A stretch of 64,000 bases of DNA from Pseudarcicella hirudinis (GTDB taxonomy: Bacteria > Bacteroidota > Bacteroidia > Cytophagales > Spirosomataceae): contig NZ_FOXH01000001.1 of assembly GCF_900115665.1 (NCBI RefSeq), forward strand, positions 179,777 through 243,776, given 5' to 3'. Shown here one piece after another: positions 50,774 through 60,979 of this stretch; within the stretch, counting starts at the first letter, position 1; every line of letters starts with the position of its first letter. The notes below the pieces were generated by a model that did no database searches, was not told where the DNA came from, and was given only the letters and a program-made list of their open reading frames with translations. A program made the position numbers and the translations under genes.

Positions 50774-51667
50774 ATGTTTATATTCTTCAAAGAATTCAAA
50801 AGAGAATACCCGGAATTTATGCCGGGGCCGTCAGTGAAAAACTTTTGGTTATTCACACTGAAAAAAGAAGCCAATATTCAGAGTGCAACAATGCCTGGAT
50901 TATTTCAGTCAGTGAATTATTCACTGCTGCTTGCCGGATTTGCCTTAATCATTATTTTGGAAGGAGCAGCTACTAAAATCGCTTCGGTGTATGGCGTAAG
51001 TCTGATGGCGATTCTGGCAGCAATAGTTGTTGATATTATTCTGGCGGTCATTTCTCATATTTATCATGGCAAAATCTGCCTTCTGAAAAACAAACTGTTT
51101 ATAGAGGAAACGAAGCAGAAAAGAGATCAGATTAACAGGAGTATCAGCAACCTGAAATGGTGGTCATGGTTCTGGTATACAATCATACTTTTTTCAGGGT
51201 TATTTAAATTCTACTGGTTTTATATTGTTTATAAAATCTATCTTATTCCCTTTGGTTTAAATTATGATGCCTATTCGATATTGGTCTTCTTCTGTTATTT
51301 TGTAGCTTCCTGGTTGCATATATTTTGTACTGGTTATGTGTTCTACACCTCTTATTTTCATTACAGAATTCATAAAGAAGAACGAAAGTATATTTATTTG
51401 CCGGAAGACAAACTGTTGGATGATAATTCTTTAAGGGATAAGAAAAATCCAAGACCGATTACTGCCAATGTTGAGCTGATTCCTGTTAAAGAAGGTTCAC
51501 ATTCCTTGTATAAAGATGAAAAAGACGGTAAATATTACCTTGAAACGCTTGGGATTTTCCTTGATGAGGAATTGAGAAGAATGATCGATCGTCAGCACAA
51601 CGCCGACCAAAGACGGACATTGGCTCAGGAAGGTGTAAGGATTCAGCTGGATATTCTCAACAAATAG
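50774..51667 (+). CDS. Polytopic integral membrane protein (hypothetical)
   Basis: Four to five hydrophobic helices (e.g. LLLAGFALIIILEG, LMAILAAIVVDIILAVISHIY, WWSWFWYTIILFSGLF, ILVFFCYFVASWLHIFCTGYVFY). Confidence 0.4.
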   Translation: MFIFFKEFKREYPEFMPGPSVKNFWLFTLKKEANIQSATMPGLFQSVNYSLLLAGFALIIILEGAATKIASVYGVSLMAILAAIVVDIILAVISHIYHGKICLLKNKLFIEETKQKRDQINRSISNLKWWSWFWYTIILFSGLFKFYWFYIVYKIYLIPFGLNYDAYSILVFFCYFVASWLHIFCTGYVFYTSYFHYRIHKEERKYIYLPEDKLLDDNSLRDKKNPRPITANVELIPVKEGSHSLYKDEKDGKYYLETLGIFLDEELRRMIDRQHNADQRRTLAQEGVRIQLDILNK

Positions 51668-51671
51668 ATCT

Positions 51672-52796
51672 ATGAAAATACAATGTGCTCTCATCTTATT
51701 GATTTCTTTGTTCATGGAGAATTGTATCGGAAATTCTTCCGGAGAAGGAAATGCCGCTTCCCTGAAAATAGTTCCCTTTACTCCGGAACTCAGAACGCAA
51801 CAGGAACAGATGTTAAATGCTTTTGATAAGAAGATGCTGAATACTTATCCGGTTACAATTTTAGTAAATGCACCATTATCAAAAGACTCGACCGCACATC
51901 TGCCGGATGTGTTTAAAGTATTATTAGAATATAAGGGAAATGGAGGCTGTATGGATACTGAAATTTTACCGGTAGGGACCTTGCGTAAAATCGGGAATAA
52001 TCAGGAATATAATCTTTTTCCTGCATTGATAATACCGCCATCGTTTGACAAAAGTAAGATTACGTTACTGCTCAAACCTCAGATTGACGGATTTTGGAGG
52101 AGTGCTGTGCTTAGGAAACTCTTTGTACAGCCTCCCGTTAATCCGGATAACTATCTCAAAGAATTGCCTGAAAGTTCTGCTGAAATTTTTGTGCTGGAAA
52201 GCAAGACTGATGCCCGCATTTCAATAGAGTTGCCCGGACAGAAAAAGTACCAGGTTTTTAAGGATCCGGAAGAATTGAGAAAAAAAATGGATGAACTGGC
52301 ATGTGCTTCTTCCGGGAAATTTAAGGCCCTTGTGCTTTTTGGCCTGAATCCCGAGAAAACTCAAAAAACAACAGCTACAGCCATACCAGGAAATTCTCAG
52401 AAAAAAGTACCCGATCCGGTTAGGCAGCCCATAGAACTCAAAGGAAAGAAAAAGCCGGAGAATCAGGCAGAGGTAATTAATACCACTATTATAGGCGGAG
52501 AGGGTAATCCTGAAGTGAAAGAAAGACTTCGCCTGTTAAAAAATAACCTGAAAATAATGGTTTCCGGGGGGGACATTCTCATAACAAACCGTGCTTATGA
52601 AGCGGCTTTAGCCATGTTTGAAAGTGAAACGTTTGTAGATGTTTTCAGCCTCGATAAAAGCGGAAGCAAGCGATTCAGGATCAAAAATTTCCTGATCCGG
52701 AATAAACTGATGCGACAACCCATTGCCATTGAGCAAATCAGGGTTTCAGGAAAAACTTCCGGACAGACTTTTGACCAGATGAGGGTGATTGAATAA
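51672..52796 (+). CDS. Hypothetical lipoprotein
   Basis: Lipobox ...LFMENC. No motif recognised. Confidence 0.4.
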   Translation: MKIQCALILLISLFMENCIGNSSGEGNAASLKIVPFTPELRTQQEQMLNAFDKKMLNTYPVTILVNAPLSKDSTAHLPDVFKVLLEYKGNGGCMDTEILPVGTLRKIGNNQEYNLFPALIIPPSFDKSKITLLLKPQIDGFWRSAVLRKLFVQPPVNPDNYLKELPESSAEIFVLESKTDARISIELPGQKKYQVFKDPEELRKKMDELACASSGKFKALVLFGLNPEKTQKTTATAIPGNSQKKVPDPVRQPIELKGKKKPENQAEVINTTIIGGEGNPEVKERLRLLKNNLKIMVSGGDILITNRAYEAALAMFESETFVDVFSLDKSGSKRFRIKNFLIRNKLMRQPIAIEQIRVSGKTSGQTFDQMRVIE

Positions 52797-52802
52797 ATCC
52801 TG

Positions 52803-53687
52803 ATGAGAATGAAAATCTTTATTTTGATATTTTGGGCGTTTACAGTCAGTTACGGTCATGCACAAGCCCGGATAGAGCGTCAAAGGATTGAAGATAAGTC
52901 TGTTATTTACGATCGGCAGGCAGAAGAAAGGTTTGCTTTCCAGGTGAAAACCATTGATGAATTTATGGAAAGATTTAATGATTCTGAGTCCACGCTTCTT
53001 CGGAAATACCTGGATGTAAGCAGACCAGGCGTTATTAAATCTGACCGGATCAGAATGCTGAAGGCTTTGTTTGAAAAGAAAAGTTTTGTCAAAGATTCTT
53101 TAAAAACGGCTTTTGCAGCATCTGTTTGTGATAGTTTAAATCCTCAGTTTCTTAACTTTTTTCAGAAAAACTGGTATGCTCAGGCGCAATGTTTATTTCA
53201 GGATGGGGCTCGTAATAAGTACATTACCTTAGTTCTGAAGGTTTTGAGAACTGCAAACGGTGGAAGCAAATGGGTCATAGCCGGTGCAAGTGAATACGGT
53301 ATAGCAAAACAAAATAAAAGTACTGTCCGAATGACAGGAGGAGATACCCGGAAGGGACTTAATCCTTATAGCCATGTGATGGATTTTACAGAACTGGAAG
53401 ATGCACTTGAGGATAAAATAAATATCGAAAGTTACCTGGATGAAGGCTTTCTGACACTTAAAAATCAACCGATTATCGAAGCGATCCTTTCCGGGAAAAT
53501 AAGATTTAATTATGTGCAGGAAATTACCTACCATTTTCTCCAGATTGAGGGCTGGATCTTTTCCGTTCAGAATTTTAAAAGAATGACAAGGCAATCGGGC
53601 TGGCTGATCACTCAGCTGCAGCCTGCCGATAAAGAGGAGAAGGATTTTTATAAACAGGCCGTATTAGCGCTGAAAGTAACACAATGA
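52803..53687 (+). CDS. Hypothetical secreted protein
   Basis: Signal MRMKIFILIFWAFTVSYGHAQ. Confidence 0.4.
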   Translation: MRMKIFILIFWAFTVSYGHAQARIERQRIEDKSVIYDRQAEERFAFQVKTIDEFMERFNDSESTLLRKYLDVSRPGVIKSDRIRMLKALFEKKSFVKDSLKTAFAASVCDSLNPQFLNFFQKNWYAQAQCLFQDGARNKYITLVLKVLRTANGGSKWVIAGASEYGIAKQNKSTVRMTGGDTRKGLNPYSHVMDFTELEDALEDKINIESYLDEGFLTLKNQPIIEAILSGKIRFNYVQEITYHFLQIEGWIFSVQNFKRMTRQSGWLITQLQPADKEEKDFYKQAVLALKVTQ

Positions 53688-56581
53688 AAGTATCTGTAAT
53701 AATTGGAAGCCTTATTTTAATTTCTTCCTTATCCCTGAAAGCGCAGCAGGATAAGGAGAATATACCTGTATATGTAAAAGACGGCTCTCAGATTATTTTT
53801 CAGGCAAATCAACTTTTAGAAGAATACAGAGACCTTCTGAATGTCTTGTCTTACAAAGAAATTGATGGAAAATCTACAGAAGACCTGATAACCCACAGCT
53901 ATAACGGACCCATTAATAAGCTTTTTTATAATAAGAACATAACCGTTGAAGATGATCTGGAAGCAACTCTTCTAAACGGTCGGGCCGTTAAGAAATCAAT
54001 CGATAGATACCTTCGGGATTTTGATTTGTTTTATGAGAAAACAGAAGAAAGCTCTGTCGTTTTCAGGAACCTCAGAATGTCGAATGTTAAAAGAACGGCT
54101 GAATACATTTATGTTAAAATTGATTTTGATTGTGAATTTGGAAGCAGGCACCGTCAGACTAAATCCGGTTATACCTCTCATCAGAGAACTATGGAGTTTC
54201 GGGCTGATAAAGCAGGTAAGAAGTGGCTGGTTTATATAGTTCGTATAGGTAACTACGTTTTGCCGCAAAATGAACAGGAAGAACGGCTGAATGATGTAAA
54301 GTTATGGCCCGATATTCAAACGAAAACAACCGGAGAATCTGTCGGAGCGGAATTGTCTCAGCCGGAAATACAGGAACTTCTCGATAAGGAAATAAAAAGG
54401 CTGACGGATGAATTTAAAATAGATCAGGAAGCCAAAGAAAAGATTGTCAAAGAAATTTTGAATAAGGCCGATATTGCGTTTGGACAGGAAGATCTTGAAG
54501 AAGCCCGCAAATTATATGAACAGGTAAAAACTTTTTGGCCCAATATTGAATCAAGACATATTGCAAGACAACTGAGAAGAATTGCTCAATTGGAGGAAGA
54601 ATTAAGGACAAAACCCGAAAGGATGAGCCTTGAATTTGCCCTGAAGGGTAGAAATGCCGAAAGACTTCACCGGTACGCGGAGGCTAAGAACTGGTATGCA
54701 AAGGCTTATGAACAAAAACCGGATCAGGATTCTTTACTTAGAAAAATAGAAAATTTAAATCTCAGAATCAGGGTTTTATCATTCATTGAAGCAAAAATTA
54801 TTGAGGGAAATGCTGATAAAGCGGTGGAGGAATGCGAAAGAGAAATTGATAAATTAAGAAATGGGAAAAAGAAAATTGACGATTCAAAATTGCCGCTTTT
54901 CTCTGACTTTCTGACCTGGAAAGCAAGAGCACTTGCCAAACAAAATAAGTCTGGACAGGCGGAAAAAAACTTTAAGGAAGCTGTTGCTACCGATCCGAAT
55001 AATGCGGAGGCTTTTCGCTATCGGGCATTGCTGAATTACCAGCGGAAACTTTATACGGAATCAATTGCAGACCTGAAGGTTTATCTGACATTTGATGAGA
55101 ATAATACCATTGCATTAATTGATCTGGCCAGATCATATTTTGGCATCAGAGACAGTACAAAAGGAGTTGAATTCCTGAATAAAGTATTAACGATTGAGCC
55201 TCAAAATGCTGTAATAGCTTATGAAAAAGCCCTCATGCTTCATTATTGGGGGAAAGCTAAAGAGGCGGCAGAAGCATTCACCAGGGTATTAAATCTGAAT
55301 TATAACATGGCAAATGTGCTTTTTTACCGGGGACTTAACTATGAAAAGCTGAAATTATATAACTATGCCATAAATGACTTTCAGCAGTTACAGCGAGTCG
55401 GGGCCAGTGCCGACCAGAATACTGCCATTTTAAGCCTTGCTAACAATTATTTCAAAGAGGGGAAAAGTTATTATGATTTGAAGCAATATGAAATAGCGAT
55501 CAACCAATTCAGGATAGCTACCATGTTTTGGGTAAATCATTATGAAGCATGGTTTTGGCAAGGGCTTGCTTTTAAAGAGTCAGATCGGTTTTCAGAAGCC
55601 CGTAAAGCGCTTTCCAAAGCTATTGAAGCAGATCCTTCACAGGCCTGGGCTTACTATTATCGTGGCTTGTCAGCTTTTTCAGATGATGAGCAGGAGGAAA
55701 GCATTTCTGATTTTGAAAAAGCTTTTGAATTATCTTCATCCATTTATCAGGCTCCTGTTAATCAGGGAGATGCACATACTGAACTGATGCAGTATTCACT
55801 TGCAATTGAAGCATATTCAAAGGCTCTGGCAGGAGAGTGGATAAGAAAATCCGAGAATTATAACGGATTATCACTGGTTTACGGGAAGAGGGCAAATGCC
55901 TATTTTAAGCAAAAAAATTACCTGAAAGCTCTTGCTGATTTTGAAGAATGCCTGCGATTCAACCGAAGGTACTCTGATGGATATTTCCTGAGAGGTCTGA
56001 CCTATCTGGAAAAAGATGATTATTCAAAAGCCAATGATGATTTTAACAAGGCGATTGAACTGGGTTTTGATCCGGGACAAGGTCATTTTTACAACGGAGA
56101 GGCTTACAGAAAGAGGAAGAAATTTGAAATAGCGGTAAATGAATATTCCGCAGCCCTTAAAAGAGAAGAATGGATTCAGAAACGGGCTGAAGCTTTTCAC
56201 CAAAGAGCTTTTTGCTACAGTAAGGTTAATCAATATTCATTGGCATTAGCGGATTTCCAATCATATGAAAAGATCGTTTCAGGTAATCTCACCGATGCTT
56301 CGAAAAAAGAGTTTGGGTTTATTTATCTCCTCAACGGTAAAACTGCTGAGGCTAAACAGGAATTTGAAGCAGTACTTAAACTACAGTCTGCCGATCCGGA
56401 GGCTTTATTCGGACTAGGCGTTTATCACTTTTTTGAAGGAAATATGCCCGAATCAGACAAATATTTTGAAAGAGCTGCAAATATGAATAAGCTGACTATC
56501 AGGGAAATGCGTCTGGGCATCTCAGGACAATTATTTGAAAACAGTAAACTGAAGAAAAGAGTAGAGAAAATAATTAAATAA
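53684..56581 (+). CDS. Large secreted tetratricopeptide-repeat (TPR) protein
   Basis: Signal peptide. More than 15 recognisable TPR units (W-LG-Y-A-F-A-P pattern, e.g. AEAFRYRALLNYQRKLYTESIADLKVYL, AWAYYYRGLSAFSDDEQEESISDFEKAF). ATGA overlap with the upstream gene. Confidence 0.75.
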   Translation: MKVSVIIGSLILISSLSLKAQQDKENIPVYVKDGSQIIFQANQLLEEYRDLLNVLSYKEIDGKSTEDLITHSYNGPINKLFYNKNITVEDDLEATLLNGRAVKKSIDRYLRDFDLFYEKTEESSVVFRNLRMSNVKRTAEYIYVKIDFDCEFGSRHRQTKSGYTSHQRTMEFRADKAGKKWLVYIVRIGNYVLPQNEQEERLNDVKLWPDIQTKTTGESVGAELSQPEIQELLDKEIKRLTDEFKIDQEAKEKIVKEILNKADIAFGQEDLEEARKLYEQVKTFWPNIESRHIARQLRRIAQLEEELRTKPERMSLEFALKGRNAERLHRYAEAKNWYAKAYEQKPDQDSLLRKIENLNLRIRVLSFIEAKIIEGNADKAVEECEREIDKLRNGKKKIDDSKLPLFSDFLTWKARALAKQNKSGQAEKNFKEAVATDPNNAEAFRYRALLNYQRKLYTESIADLKVYLTFDENNTIALIDLARSYFGIRDSTKGVEFLNKVLTIEPQNAVIAYEKALMLHYWGKAKEAAEAFTRVLNLNYNMANVLFYRGLNYEKLKLYNYAINDFQQLQRVGASADQNTAILSLANNYFKEGKSYYDLKQYEIAINQFRIATMFWVNHYEAWFWQGLAFKESDRFSEARKALSKAIEADPSQAWAYYYRGLSAFSDDEQEESISDFEKAFELSSSIYQAPVNQGDAHTELMQYSLAIEAYSKALAGEWIRKSENYNGLSLVYGKRANAYFKQKNYLKALADFEECLRFNRRYSDGYFLRGLTYLEKDDYSKANDDFNKAIELGFDPGQGHFYNGEAYRKRKKFEIAVNEYSAALKREEWIQKRAEAFHQRAFCYSKVNQYSLALADFQSYEKIVSGNLTDASKKEFGFIYLLNGKTAEAKQEFEAVLKLQSADPEALFGLGVYHFFEGNMPESDKYFERAANMNKLTIREMRLGISGQLFENSKLKKRVEKIIK

Positions 56582-56589
56582 CTAAAAAT

Positions 56590-57912
56590 ATGAAGAAAAC
56601 CTTACTGATTATCCTGATAACATTTTGGTTGTCAGATCGTACTGCTTTTGCTCAGGTGAAAACCGATAGGATCTACCGGACCGATAAGACAATTATTGAA
56701 GGAAAGATTGAGGAAATTTCCGAGACTGAAATCCTGTATAAAATATCCGGAAATGCAAAAGCTCCGGTGAAGCATATTGCCAGGAAAGATGTCCGGCGAA
56801 TAGTATATGCCAACGGAAAAGTAGAAGAACTGACTTTACCAGCGGCCTCAAAAGTGGCTTCAAATAAACAGAAACAAAAGGATGGAGTAAAAACAACCGA
56901 AACCTCCAAGTCTGCTGCGTCCAAAGAAATACCGGTGGTGGAAGTAAAAAAAGAAGAAGAAAAGGTGGCTGAAATAACGAAGCCTGCCGCTCCAAAAGTA
57001 ATGTCTGACAGAATAATCAGAAAGGATGGCGGTATAGTGGAAGGTAAAATTGTAAATGCCAGTCCGGGTAAAATAGAATATAAAAACCCTGATGATAAAG
57101 AAGAAACGATCTACTTTATTTCCGGGGCGGATGTGGCAAAAATAGAATATGCTGATGGAAGAATAGTGGATATGACAGCTTCGGTTAAACCTCCTTCGGC
57201 TAAAAAAGAAAAGAATAAGGATAAACCCAAATCTGATCCGGTGGTAAAGAAACAGAACAGAAAAAAGATCACGTTCGACCAGGAAATTGCAGGACAAAGC
57301 GGGAAAGGAAAACCCAGGCAGTTACTGGATATTCCGCGGTTTGTTATTGGTGTAGGTGCCGAAGCCAGCTATGTGTTGGAGCCTCTCAGTAAAAAATGGG
57401 TTTCTACCTCCGACAGTATTGGCTTACAGCAAGGTTTTGGCGGAAGCCTCAGAGCCGATCTTCATGTTACGAAAGGCATTGCGCTGAGTTTGGGAGCGGG
57501 GTATAATGTCTGGCAGGTAAAACGTAATTATGTTACGACTGACATTACTACCAATACTAAAGTGGTTCAATATGCTACGCAGGATAAATTTCAGGTAATT
57601 CCGATTCAGGCTGGTATCAAATTGTACCTGATGAAAGGCTTTTACCTCATGCCTGAGGCTTCTTTTAATATCATTACGGCCTCGTCATCCTATAAAGATG
57701 GTATTGTGGTCAATCCAAACGGAAATAAGACAAGCTCGACCTCGGTCAGTAAAATCGGATATGGCGGAAGTATAGGGTGTGAAATTTATAAGCTACCAAC
57801 CGTAATTGACATTTCTGCCCGTTTTCAGGTAATTAATGCCGAGCAATTCAGAAGCCTTAATGAACCACTTTATTATGCAGGTTTAAGATTAGGTATCGGA
57901 ATCGGCAAATAA
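56590..57912 (+). CDS. Secreted protein with two N-terminal copies of the 49606-gene module, a Lys/Pro-rich linker, and a C-terminal outer-membrane beta-barrel-like domain
   Basis: Signal peptide. Repeated module (see 49606). The C-terminal ~200 aa have alternating aromatic/hydrophobic strands ending ...YYAGLRLGIGIGK. Confidence 0.45.
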   Translation: MKKTLLIILITFWLSDRTAFAQVKTDRIYRTDKTIIEGKIEEISETEILYKISGNAKAPVKHIARKDVRRIVYANGKVEELTLPAASKVASNKQKQKDGVKTTETSKSAASKEIPVVEVKKEEEKVAEITKPAAPKVMSDRIIRKDGGIVEGKIVNASPGKIEYKNPDDKEETIYFISGADVAKIEYADGRIVDMTASVKPPSAKKEKNKDKPKSDPVVKKQNRKKITFDQEIAGQSGKGKPRQLLDIPRFVIGVGAEASYVLEPLSKKWVSTSDSIGLQQGFGGSLRADLHVTKGIALSLGAGYNVWQVKRNYVTTDITTNTKVVQYATQDKFQVIPIQAGIKLYLMKGFYLMPEASFNIITASSSYKDGIVVNPNGNKTSSTSVSKIGYGGSIGCEIYKLPTVIDISARFQVINAEQFRSLNEPLYYAGLRLGIGIGK

Positions 57913-58028
57913 AACTACACTTGAAATGAGGCTGTATTCGTGTGCTGGTTCTACCCTATTATTTTAAATCAAATAGCCTGTAAAAGGCGCAGCAATTTTT
58001 ACCTGAAAATTAACAGTTGTTTTAATTT

Positions 58029-58997
58029 ATGTCTGATTATCAAATTTATACCATGAAAAAACTTTGCTTTATTCTCCTTTTTAAAGGGGTAATGCTGGCC
58101 TGTCTCTCGGTGTCAGCTCAGATTCCTTCGGTGCCTGGAACTACCGGCAATGCTGAAAACCTCACCCGGGAAACCAGTGACCCCACTCAGGAATTATTTC
58201 CGAGGATTAGCCCGGATGGTAAATTTTTACTATACAATGCGCTGGAAATATCATATTCTCTCAATATTACCAACGGCAAGCTTGAGCAAAAGACTAATAA
58301 AAAGATGAGAATTGTTAAAAAAGAAATAGGAAAGCCTATCACCAATCCTTTGGTAAATAATGCGGCTTATCCTACCTGGATGCCTGATAATTCCGGCATT
58401 ATTTTTAGTTATATTAAACCGGAAAAACCTGTAATTGTGAGATCGGATATTAATGGAAATGGCTTATTTTACATATCAGCAGGTGCCATGGGTGAAGATG
58501 ACGCTGAGCCAGTGGTTACCAAAGACGGAAGTAAAATCCTTTTTACCACACTTATGAGCGGAAGCAGGATGATCTGTTCCATGGATATGAAAGGAGGAAA
58601 TTATTCGGTTCTAGGAGAAGGAAGCCATTTAAGTTTAAATCCGGCGGATAATAACAAAATCATTTATAATATGAAGGTTGGCAAACTGATACAGGTATTT
58701 ACGATGAATCTGAGAACGGGAGAAAAAACCCAGCTGACGACCGGAGATTATAACAACAGAGACGGAGCTTTTTCAAAGGATGGCCGATATATCGCTTTTG
58801 CCAGTAACAGAGAAAATCCCAAGAAGGAAAATAAGCATATTTATGTCATGAAAGCAGATGGAACAGATCTTATTCAGATTACCCAGGGAGAAACAGATGA
58901 GGGTGATCCGTGTTGGGGCAATGATAATACACTGTTTTTTAGTTCTAATGCGGAAAAAAATTACAATATTTGGAAAGCAAGGATAAAAGTTAAATGA
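58029..58997 (+). CDS. TolB-like periplasmic beta-propeller (PD40/WD40-like repeats) protein
   Basis: Signal peptide. Repeated ...SPDGK.L.Y... / ...SKDGRYIAFASNR... / DG(T/S) blades typical of TolB C-terminal propellers. Confidence 0.7.
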   Translation: MSDYQIYTMKKLCFILLFKGVMLACLSVSAQIPSVPGTTGNAENLTRETSDPTQELFPRISPDGKFLLYNALEISYSLNITNGKLEQKTNKKMRIVKKEIGKPITNPLVNNAAYPTWMPDNSGIIFSYIKPEKPVIVRSDINGNGLFYISAGAMGEDDAEPVVTKDGSKILFTTLMSGSRMICSMDMKGGNYSVLGEGSHLSLNPADNNKIIYNMKVGKLIQVFTMNLRTGEKTQLTTGDYNNRDGAFSKDGRYIAFASNRENPKKENKHIYVMKADGTDLIQITQGETDEGDPCWGNDNTLFFSSNAEKNYNIWKARIKVK

Positions 58998-59051
58998 GTT
59001 TTTCATCCCATGCTTTCATGTCAGATATTTCAAGCCTTCAGGCTTAAAAAT

Positions 59052-59089
59052 AAAAGCTACCTCAGGCTTGAGGGATGAGGTAGCTTTTT
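59052..59089. terminator. Bidirectional terminator hairpin
   Basis: aaaagctacctca-ggcttgaggga-tgaggtagcttttt between convergent genes. Confidence 0.5.
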
Positions 59090-59115
59090 ACACTCAATTT
59101 AGACCTTACGGGAGC

Positions 59116-59313
59116 CTATTTGGGAGGCCCGCCGGTAGAAGGTAGAATCGGAGGGTCCTGAGGAACGTCTTCCATTACCTTCAATTTTAACGAATCCCCT
59201 TTTACAGAGGATTTGGTTTCATTTGCGGGACGGGGAGCAACCGTTTCTGCATTTTGGCAGGCAGCAGCACCAATCACTGCCAGCAGTAGTAGAATTAATG
59301 AATGTCTTTTCAT
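59116..59313 (-). CDS. Small Pro-rich lipoprotein (hypothetical)
   Basis: MKRHSLILLLLAVIGAAACQ lipobox. 65 aa. Weak. Confidence 0.3.
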   Translation of the reverse strand: MKRHSLILLLLAVIGAAACQNAETVAPRPANETKSSVKGDSLKLKVMEDVPQDPPILPSTGGPPK

Positions 59314-59570
59314 TTTAATTCTGGTTATGGGTGTCGTGGTACGGACGAAATGTCCGGACACTTTTTTATGGTGCTGAAATAACCCACCCCTGTTTTTTTT
59401 AAGATGTAACCTAAGCTGAGGTGATGGGAATATTAAGTAGTGATTTGATGAATCGTCGAATGAAGATTTTCGGTTTATCTCCGGTCAGGTGTTTTACAGC
59501 TAGTTTAATATGTTGATTTAAGGTGGTTCAAAAGATAAATTATGTTTCCCTGAAATATTTATAAAGCATT

Positions 59571-60143
59571 ATGAATCAGAAATTTAGCCCTAATGAAGTT
59601 ATTGAAATACTGAATGGCGGTACAGAATCTGAAGTAGATAAAGTGACTGCTTATCTCTATCGTACCTATAAACCTAAAGTAGCCTCGTATATCTTTTTAC
59701 AGCATGGAACTTATGAAGAAGCCAAGGATATTTTTCAGGAAGTAATCATAACTTTTCTGCACCAGGTATGGGAAAAAAAGTTTAAAGCCATGTCTGAAAA
59801 AGAAATGGAGGGTTATTTCAAAGGAATTGCTCACCATAAATGGCTGAAAAAAAAGGAAGCTGACGGACGAAGAAGGCGGCGGGAAGATACCTTTCTGAAT
59901 GAAGGTCATGAAGAAAGTAATGCTCCGCCTTTAGAAAGGTTGCTTCAGAAGGAAGATAAACAGATTGCCTGGCAGATTTTTCAGAAATTAGATGAAATTT
60001 GTCAGAAAATATTAATAGCTTTCTATGTGGATGGCTATTCTTTGGAAGAAATTGCTCTCCGTTACGAACTCGGTTCGGCCGAGGCTGTTAAGCTCCGCAA
60101 GTTTAGGTGTGTAAGAAAACTAAGAGAAATGTTGTTGCCATGA
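59571..60143 (+). CDS. ECF-type RNA polymerase sigma-70 factor
   Basis: Region 2 (...IFQEVIITFLHQVWEK...) and region 4 (ILIAFYVDGYSLEEIALRYELGSAEAVKLRKFRCVRKLREML). Confidence 0.85.
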   Translation: MNQKFSPNEVIEILNGGTESEVDKVTAYLYRTYKPKVASYIFLQHGTYEEAKDIFQEVIITFLHQVWEKKFKAMSEKEMEGYFKGIAHHKWLKKKEADGRRRRREDTFLNEGHEESNAPPLERLLQKEDKQIAWQIFQKLDEICQKILIAFYVDGYSLEEIALRYELGSAEAVKLRKFRCVRKLREMLLP

Positions 60144-60832
60144 ATTTTGATGATGAAAATTACAGATTAGACGCTATTGAAAGATTCTGCCGGGGAGAAA
60201 TGAACACACCGGAGAAAGAAGAATTTGATAGACTCCTTACCAATGATCCACTTTTAGCCAAAGAAGTAGATGATTATAAAAGACTGCTTACAATTATGAA
60301 GGCCGCAACGATAGAAAGCCGTGTCCGGGCCACTTTAGCTGAACTTGAAATAACCGAACCAATCGGACTTACGCCGGTAGTACCACGCTGGAAAAAGCCG
60401 GTTTTCTTATATCTGGGTTCTTTGGCTGCTGCTTGTGTGCTATTCATACTTTATGCTTCAATATCTTCTGTTCAGTTACCGGGTTCTGAGAATGACCTTA
60501 CCATTGTCAGAGATGTTGATCCTGCCGTTTTGTCTTCGTCACAGAAAAGTGCTTTTGACCATTTTTACGCAGGTCAGAGTCATATTGCAGAAGGTCAGTT
60601 TCAAACTGCGGTATTAGATTTTCAGGAGGTTTTAAAAACAGAGAATCTCCGTCCTTATTTTGAAGAAGCTACTAAATGGCACCTGGTACTTGCTTATCTT
60701 GGAAGCAATCAGCCTCAAAATGCCAGAAAAATATACAATGAGCTTGATAATTGTACAGCTTGTGTATATCCGGTCGGATTTATGAATAAGTCAAAATTAT
60801 GGTGGAAGATATTCTGGGCGAACTTATTCTGA
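60140..60832 (+). CDS. Anti-sigma factor (single TM, TPR-like periplasmic tail)
   Basis: ATGA overlap with the sigma stop. N-terminal LDAIERFCRGEMNTPEKEEFDRLL. TM VFLYLGSLAAACVLFILYASI. Confidence 0.55.
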   Translation: MNFDDENYRLDAIERFCRGEMNTPEKEEFDRLLTNDPLLAKEVDDYKRLLTIMKAATIESRVRATLAELEITEPIGLTPVVPRWKKPVFLYLGSLAAACVLFILYASISSVQLPGSENDLTIVRDVDPAVLSSSQKSAFDHFYAGQSHIAEGQFQTAVLDFQEVLKTENLRPYFEEATKWHLVLAYLGSNQPQNARKIYNELDNCTACVYPVGFMNKSKLWWKIFWANLF

Positions 60833-60979
60833 TAAAAAGGGCTAATATCAGTTTTTCAATTATTATAATCAAAAGCGTTTCAGAAGATCCGGATTTTTGC
60901 CCGGATCTTTTTTGTTGAAAAATGCCTTTTTCCAAAGGTTTTGACTTATAATCGGTTATCACTTTACTTTTGAGCAGAT

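Noticed and set aside
56673-57297. Minus-strand ORFs of 83, 100 and 145 aa overlapping 56590..57912
   Set aside because: They are antisense to a gene with signal peptide and repeat-domain support. Highly Phe/Arg-rich translations reflect the complement of Lys/Glu-rich codons.
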